This document shows positions 59,280-64,000 of a DNA stretch of 64,000 bases, piece by piece (positions within the stretch are counted from its first letter, which is position 1; each line of letters begins with the position of its first letter). The stretch spans positions 64,001 to 128,000 of the forward strand of contig CAWDRG010000017.1 in assembly GCA_963804645.1 (NCBI GenBank). The letters run 5' to 3'. Origin of the DNA: an uncultured Bacillota bacterium. GTDB lineage: Bacteria; Sysuimicrobiota; Sysuimicrobiia; Sysuimicrobiales; Segetimicrobiaceae. A model generated the notes under the pieces. It made no database searches. It worked only from the letters and a program-made list of their open reading frames with translations, and was not told the origin of the DNA. The translations under genes and the position numbers were made by a program.

Positions 59280-60404
59280 TCATCGCACGGCACCCCGCGC
59301 GGCCGGCACGGGCGTGGGCGTCCACCTCGACGGGCGCCCCTGCCCGTCCGCCAGGCGCAGCTGCCCGCATGCGGCCTGGATCTCCGTGCCCCGTTCGATC
59401 CGGACCGTGACGGGCAGGCCGGCCCGGCGCGCGATCGCCGCGAACGTGCGCACGCGCGCGATCTCCGGCCGGTGGAACGGGATCCCGACCACGGGGTTCA
59501 GGGGGATGAGGTTCACGTGGCAGTGCACGCCGCGCAGGAGCCGGCCGAGTTCGCGCGCCTCCGCGGGGCCGTCGTTGACCCCGTCGAGCAGCACGTACTC
59601 GAACGTGATCCGCCGATTCGTCTCCCGCACGTACGCGCGGCACGCGGGGATCAGCTCGGCAAGCGGATACCGGTGGTTCGCCGGGACGATCCGGTCGCGC
59701 AGCGCCTCGGTCGGCGCGTGCAGCGAGACCGCGAGGGTCAGCTGCAGCCGCTCACGGGCGAGCCGGTAGATCTGCGGCACCAACCCGACCGTCGAGATCG
59801 TCAGGCGCCGCATCCCGATCCCGAGCCCCCAGGGTGCGGCCAGGACCCGCGCGGTGCGGAGGACCGCGTCGAAGTTCGCGAGCGGCTCCCCCATCCCCAT
59901 GAACACGACGTTGGTCAGCCGCGTGCCGGACTCGTCGCGGATCATGAGGGCTTGACCGAGGATCTCGCCGGCCGCTAGGTTGCGCGAGAACCCGCTGAGC
60001 CCGGTGGCGCAGAACGCGCAGCCCATCGCGCACCCGACCTGCGAGCTCAGGCACGCGCTGCGCCGGCCGTCCTCAAACCGCATCAGCACGCACTCCACCG
60101 CCTGATCGTCGGCGAGTGCCACGAGATACTTGCGGGCGGAGCCATCGCCCGCGTCCTGCGTCCGACGCAGGCGAGGGACCGAGATCCGCGCGACCGCGCC
60201 GAGGCGGACGCGCAGCTCCTGCGGCAGGTCGGTCATCGCCTCGATCTCGTCGACCCCGTGGCCGTACAGCCACCGGGCGATCTGGCGGCCGCGATACTTC
60301 GGCTCCCCGAGGCGCGCGGCGAGTGCCTCGAGCTCCGGCAGCAGCAACCCGCGCAGCTCAAGCGGCGGCACGGCGCCCGACGGCGCGGACGCGGCCAGGG
60401 TCAC
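59280..60404 (-). CDS. rlmN: 23S rRNA m2A2503 radical SAM methyltransferase
   Basis: SSQVGCAMGCAFCATG, FMGMGEP, SLHA, NLIPLN, AACGQL. Confidence 0.95.
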   Translation of the reverse strand: MTLAASAPSGAVPPLELRGLLLPELEALAARLGEPKYRGRQIARWLYGHGVDEIEAMTDLPQELRVRLGAVARISVPRLRRTQDAGDGSARKYLVALADDQAVECVLMRFEDGRRSACLSSQVGCAMGCAFCATGLSGFSRNLAAGEILGQALMIRDESGTRLTNVVFMGMGEPLANFDAVLRTARVLAAPWGLGIGMRRLTISTVGLVPQIYRLARERLQLTLAVSLHAPTEALRDRIVPANHRYPLAELIPACRAYVRETNRRITFEYVLLDGVNDGPAEARELGRLLRGVHCHVNLIPLNPVVGIPFHRPEIARVRTFAAIARRAGLPVTVRIERGTEIQAACGQLRLADGQGRPSRWTPTPVPAARGAVR

Positions 60405-61816
60405 GCCGCCCTCCGAAGGGCCGCGACGAAAAATCCGTCGGTGCCCGAGCGGTGCGGCAGGAGCGTCGCGGTCCCCGGAGCGCCCCAGTCCACGGACTTA
60501 TTCAGATCGACCGCCGCCGCGGCCGCGCCGTCCGGCCCCGGCGGCCACGCGGTGATCGGCAGCGGCTCGAACTCCGGGTGCGCCGCCAGGAACCCCGCGA
60601 CAACCTCGGGGCCTTCCTCGGGTTCAATCGTACACACGCTGTACACGAGTGTCCCTCCGCGCCGCACGGCGCCGGCCGCGCCGGCGAGAATGCGCCCCTG
60701 CTGCCCCGCGAGTTCGGCGAAGTCCCCGGGCCGCGCGCGCCACTTGATCTCGGGGCGGCGGCGCACGACGCCGAGGCCCGAGCACGGCGCGTCGACCAGC
60801 ACGCGGTCGGCGGCGCCGGGATACTCCTCGCCGAGCCGCGCCCCGTCGAGGAGGCGGGCGTCGACGATCGTCACGCCGAGCCGCTCGCACTGCCGTCCGA
60901 CGTCGTCGACTTTGCGCGACTGTACGTCGCACGCGATCAGGCGTCCCCGGTTTCCCATGAGCGCGGCGAGATGCGCGGTCTTACCGCCCGGCGCCGCGCA
61001 GGCGTCGATGACTATCTCTCCCGGCTGCGGCGCGAGCAGGCGCCCGACCAGCATCGACGCCTCGTCCTGCGGGGCGAACCATCCCTCGCGATACGCGGCC
61101 TGCCGCGCCGACGCGCGGGCGGCCTGGGCGGACTCCGGTCCCGCCCCGTCGGACGGGCCGGTCACGATGCGCCGCCCTTCCTCCAGCCACACCGACGGCA
61201 CGGTGTGCACCCCGCGGTCGGCGAGGCGGGACGCCAGGAGCGCCGGCGCGCCGCGCAGCGTGTTGAGCCGTACCGCGGACGGCGGGGTCACGTTATTCGC
61301 CTGGCACAGCGCCCGTGCGCCGTCCAGCCCGAATCGGTCGACCCACCGCGCGACGAGCCACTCCGGGTGCGAGTAGCGGACGGCGATCGCCCCGACGGTC
61401 TCCCCGTCGCCGGGGACCTCGGGCGACGCCGCCACGCGCCGCAGCACCGCGTTCACGAGACGCGCGGTGCCGTCGTGGCCGACGCGCTTGGCGAGCGCGA
61501 CCGCCTCGAAGCACGCGGCATGCGCGGGAATGCGGCGGACGAACAGCAGCTGATACGCGCCCATCCGCAGAATCGCACGAATCGGAGACGGCAGCGCGGC
61601 CAGCGAGGTGCGCGTGAAACGGGACAGCGACCAGTCCACCTCGGAACGGTGGCGCAGCGTCCCGTACGTCAGTTCCGTCGCCAGGGCCTCCTCGGCGGCG
61701 CCGAGCCGCGCCCGTTCGAGCAGGCGCCGAAGCAAGACGCCGCTCCACGCCCCGTCGGCATCGACCCGGTCGAGGACCTCGAGCGCGACTTCCCGCGAAG
61801 TGCGCGGCTCGCCCAT
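60401..61816 (-). CDS. rsmB: 16S rRNA m5C967 methyltransferase
   Basis: NusB-like N-terminus, QDEAS, DACAAPGGK, DAPCSGLG, YSVCT, DGFF. Confidence 0.95.
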   Translation of the reverse strand: MGEPRTSREVALEVLDRVDADGAWSGVLLRRLLERARLGAAEEALATELTYGTLRHRSEVDWSLSRFTRTSLAALPSPIRAILRMGAYQLLFVRRIPAHAACFEAVALAKRVGHDGTARLVNAVLRRVAASPEVPGDGETVGAIAVRYSHPEWLVARWVDRFGLDGARALCQANNVTPPSAVRLNTLRGAPALLASRLADRGVHTVPSVWLEEGRRIVTGPSDGAGPESAQAARASARQAAYREGWFAPQDEASMLVGRLLAPQPGEIVIDACAAPGGKTAHLAALMGNRGRLIACDVQSRKVDDVGRQCERLGVTIVDARLLDGARLGEEYPGAADRVLVDAPCSGLGVVRRRPEIKWRARPGDFAELAGQQGRILAGAAGAVRRGGTLVYSVCTIEPEEGPEVVAGFLAAHPEFEPLPITAWPPGPDGAAAAAVDLNKSVDWGAPGTATLLPHRSGTDGFFVAALRRAA

Positions 61817-61844
61817 CGAGCGCACGGCTTCGCGGAGCGCCGCG

Positions 61845-62546
61845 TCAGTCCTCCCGCCGCATGTTGGCGAGCAGGAGGAGCCGCGCCAGCTCCAAGATCG
61901 CCGTGGCGGCGGCCGCCACGTACGTGAGCGCCGCCGCGCTCAGCATCGCGCGGACACCGGTGAGCTCGTCCGAGGTCACCAGCCCCTCGCTGGTCAGCGC
62001 GCGCATCGCCCGCCCGCTCGCGTCGAACTCGACCGGCAGCGTGATGAGCGTGAACGCGACCGACACGCTATAGAAGAGAATGCCGAGCTCCATCAGCGGC
62101 CACGACGCGCCGGAATGGAACAAGAACCCGATGAAGAAGAGCGGCCACGCCAGGAACGACCCGAACTGCGCGACCGGGACGATGGTCGAGCGGAGCCAGA
62201 GCGGCGCGTAGTGGGCGGCGTGCTGCAGCGCGTGCCCGGTTTCGTGCGCCGCGACCCCGACCGACGCGATCGACGCGCCGTCGTACACGCCGGCCGACAG
62301 CCGCAGGACGCGCGTCCGCGGATCATAGTTGTCGGACAGCACGCCGTCGATCCGCTCCACCTGCACGCTGGACAGCCCGTTTCGGCGCAGGATCTCGCCG
62401 GCCGCCTCCGCGCCCGTCAGGCCCCGCGCGGTCGGGATCTGGCTGTAGCGCGCGTACGTGTTCCGCACTCGCATCTGCGCGTACAGGGCGAGGAGGATGG
62501 CCGGAACGACAATCATATAGGTCGGATCAAAGAAGAACGGAAACAT
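61845..62546 (-). CDS. Membrane zinc metallopeptidase (YugP-like)
   Basis: AAHETGHALQH (HExxH), LPVEFDAS, AAALTYVA. Confidence 0.9.
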   Translation of the reverse strand: MFPFFFDPTYMIVVPAILLALYAQMRVRNTYARYSQIPTARGLTGAEAAGEILRRNGLSSVQVERIDGVLSDNYDPRTRVLRLSAGVYDGASIASVGVAAHETGHALQHAAHYAPLWLRSTIVPVAQFGSFLAWPLFFIGFLFHSGASWPLMELGILFYSVSVAFTLITLPVEFDASGRAMRALTSEGLVTSDELTGVRAMLSAAALTYVAAAATAILELARLLLLANMRRED

Positions 62547-62566
62547 CGTACCTACACCTCGGTCCT

Positions 62567-62575
62567 ATTTTAGCA
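62567..62575 (-). promoter_or_regulatory. Extended -10 (TGcTAAAAT) heading the rsmB-pknB operon
   Basis: TGnTAAAAT 20 nt upstream of the ATG, with GAGGTG RBS between them. Confidence 0.55.
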
Positions 62576-63112
62576 TACCCGTCCCAGCTGTCCGGACGGG
62601 TGCGGACGCAACCGCACTTCCTTAAAACGATCCGGCCGCACCGGTCATTTCCGTGTTGCGGCACCTCCCCCCCAAGACGTCGACGTGAGCCCGGACACGG
62701 ACACCCCGCTCGACGCCTCGGATCGACCGCAGGCGCGCGAGATAGGTTGGACGTCGGGGCGTGCGCGAATTCCGTGTGAGACGGATCCTATGGAACGATC
62801 ACTCGACGCGCTCCACAACGAGGTCGACGGATCGAAGCGCGTCGCCACCGCTCGGGCATCCGCGTCATTCGAATGCCCCGCCACCGAGCCGAGGGAGGCA
62901 CCGCGGAGGTCGACCGAGGGCCCGCGTACCGCCGGCCCGATTCTCTCAACTGAGCGCTACCATCCACGTTCCCGTGCAGACGCCGTTCTCCGTCAACTCC
63001 GGGTGAAACACCACGCCGAGCACCGACATCACGCCCAACCGACACACGTCGAGCCAGCCTCCTCCCACCACGAACCCTTGGATCGTACCGGCAGTACGGC
63101 GGCGTGCACGCG

Positions 63113-63132
63113 CCGTCCCCGAGTGGGGACGG
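63113..63132 (-). terminator. Hairpin directly after the cupredoxin gene
   Basis: CCGTCCCC-gagt-GGGGACGG; no U-tract. Confidence 0.45.
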
Positions 63133-63134
63133 GG

Positions 63135-63941
63135 TTAGGGCTTTGGGAGAACCACGACGACACCTTCCATGGCCGTCGGATAGGCATCCGCGTCGTGGTT
63201 CGCGGCGGACCGCTGGTAAGCCGCCCGATACGTCGCGTGGAGCGCACAGTAGTACTGGTACACGCCGGCAGCCGAAAACGTGACCGGCGCGCTTTTCCCT
63301 CCCGGAATCGAAGGCGTCGCCGGAAACCGGTTCGGCGAGCCCGGCGTCGCTATCGCGATATGTGGGTCCGTGTCCGCGTTGTGGAAGGTGATCGTGGCGC
63401 CCTGCTGGACCACGGTCACATACGGCTGGAAGTAGTCCGCCGGGGCGACCACCGTCGCGCCGCTCTTCGGCGCGGGCGTGAACGCCGGACCCATCACCAC
63501 GAGGATCTGCTCCATCGGAATCGGGTACGGGGGTTCACCCTTGTGGGCGACGACGCGCCCGAGCTTCGCATCATACGTCGCCGCATCCGCGCCGTACAGA
63601 TCGTAGATACCCGCGCGCGTCAGCGTCGCCCGCGCAGTCTGGTTGGGCTCCACCGAGACCGGGAACCGCGATCCTTCGAGGCTCGGAGGCGCGATCGCTG
63701 CGGCAATTTGATGCGTGTGACTGTCGACGTTCTTCCATACGATCGAGTCTCCCAGGTTCGCCGTCACGAGGAACGGCTGGAAATATCCGTTGTGGACCGT
63801 TGCATCGATCGTTTTCTCAGCCGGGCCGGCGGTTGCTGAACGCACCGCCGGCGTCAGACCTCCCAAACACATCACAGACGCGGCCCCGATCAGGACGAAC
63901 GTCCGCGTCACTCGAACACACCGGTTCCAGATCCCTCGCAC
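63135..63941 (-). CDS. Secreted protein with two cupredoxin domains
   Basis: Signal peptide; two FQP...N.D..H repeats; YYCALH...M ligand set in domain 2 only. Confidence 0.82.
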   Translation of the reverse strand: MRGIWNRCVRVTRTFVLIGAASVMCLGGLTPAVRSATAGPAEKTIDATVHNGYFQPFLVTANLGDSIVWKNVDSHTHQIAAAIAPPSLEGSRFPVSVEPNQTARATLTRAGIYDLYGADAATYDAKLGRVVAHKGEPPYPIPMEQILVVMGPAFTPAPKSGATVVAPADYFQPYVTVVQQGATITFHNADTDPHIAIATPGSPNRFPATPSIPGGKSAPVTFSAAGVYQYYCALHATYRAAYQRSAANHDADAYPTAMEGVVVVLPKP

Positions 63942-64000
63942 TATGCACCCTCCCTCGTTGTACTGCGCACAACCGCCTGGCTCGTGGTTCGTAGGGGAGA

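Noticed and set aside
62948..63032. Minus-strand peptide VLGVVFHPELT resembling a glutamine amidotransferase motif
   Set aside because: Only 28 codons and no other family motif; likely chance.

Overview
High-GC bacterial chromosomal segment of Terrabacteria type (T-box riboswitch, PASTA kinase operon, four-domain S1). Exact taxonomy cannot be read from the sequence. From left to right: trypsin-like protease, EamA transporter, katG and an internally deleted MOSC gene. Next is a minus-strand catabolic cluster (class III aminotransferase, gamma-glutamyltransferase, PPOX/F420-type protein, peptide-type binding protein, two amidohydrolases). Then a six-repeat secreted propeller, an SDR, methyltransferases (one PRMT-like), and an atypical response regulator with an S1C protease. 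A lower-GC patch (~22.4-28.0 kb) holds gene and IS debris around a polyglycine-hydrolase-like serine hydrolase carrying inserted domains. It is followed by assorted hydrolases, a diguanylate cyclase, a penicillin acylase, an orphan pilin, rpsA and a dpp-type ABC cluster. proC lies under a proline-specifier T-box riboswitch. Immediately upstream is an intact 1,988-bp IS (DUF6788-like ORF + DDE transposase, 16-bp IRs, 10-bp target duplication). The window ends with the rsmB-rlmN-fhaA-fhaB-pstP-rodA-pbpA-pknB-rpe operon, extended by a deacetylase and a gamma-CA, and a double cupredoxin. Four +1 frameshifts in otherwise intact genes look like sequencing errors. No rRNA, tRNA or CRISPR array was seen. 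All family calls come from motif recognition, not database searches.
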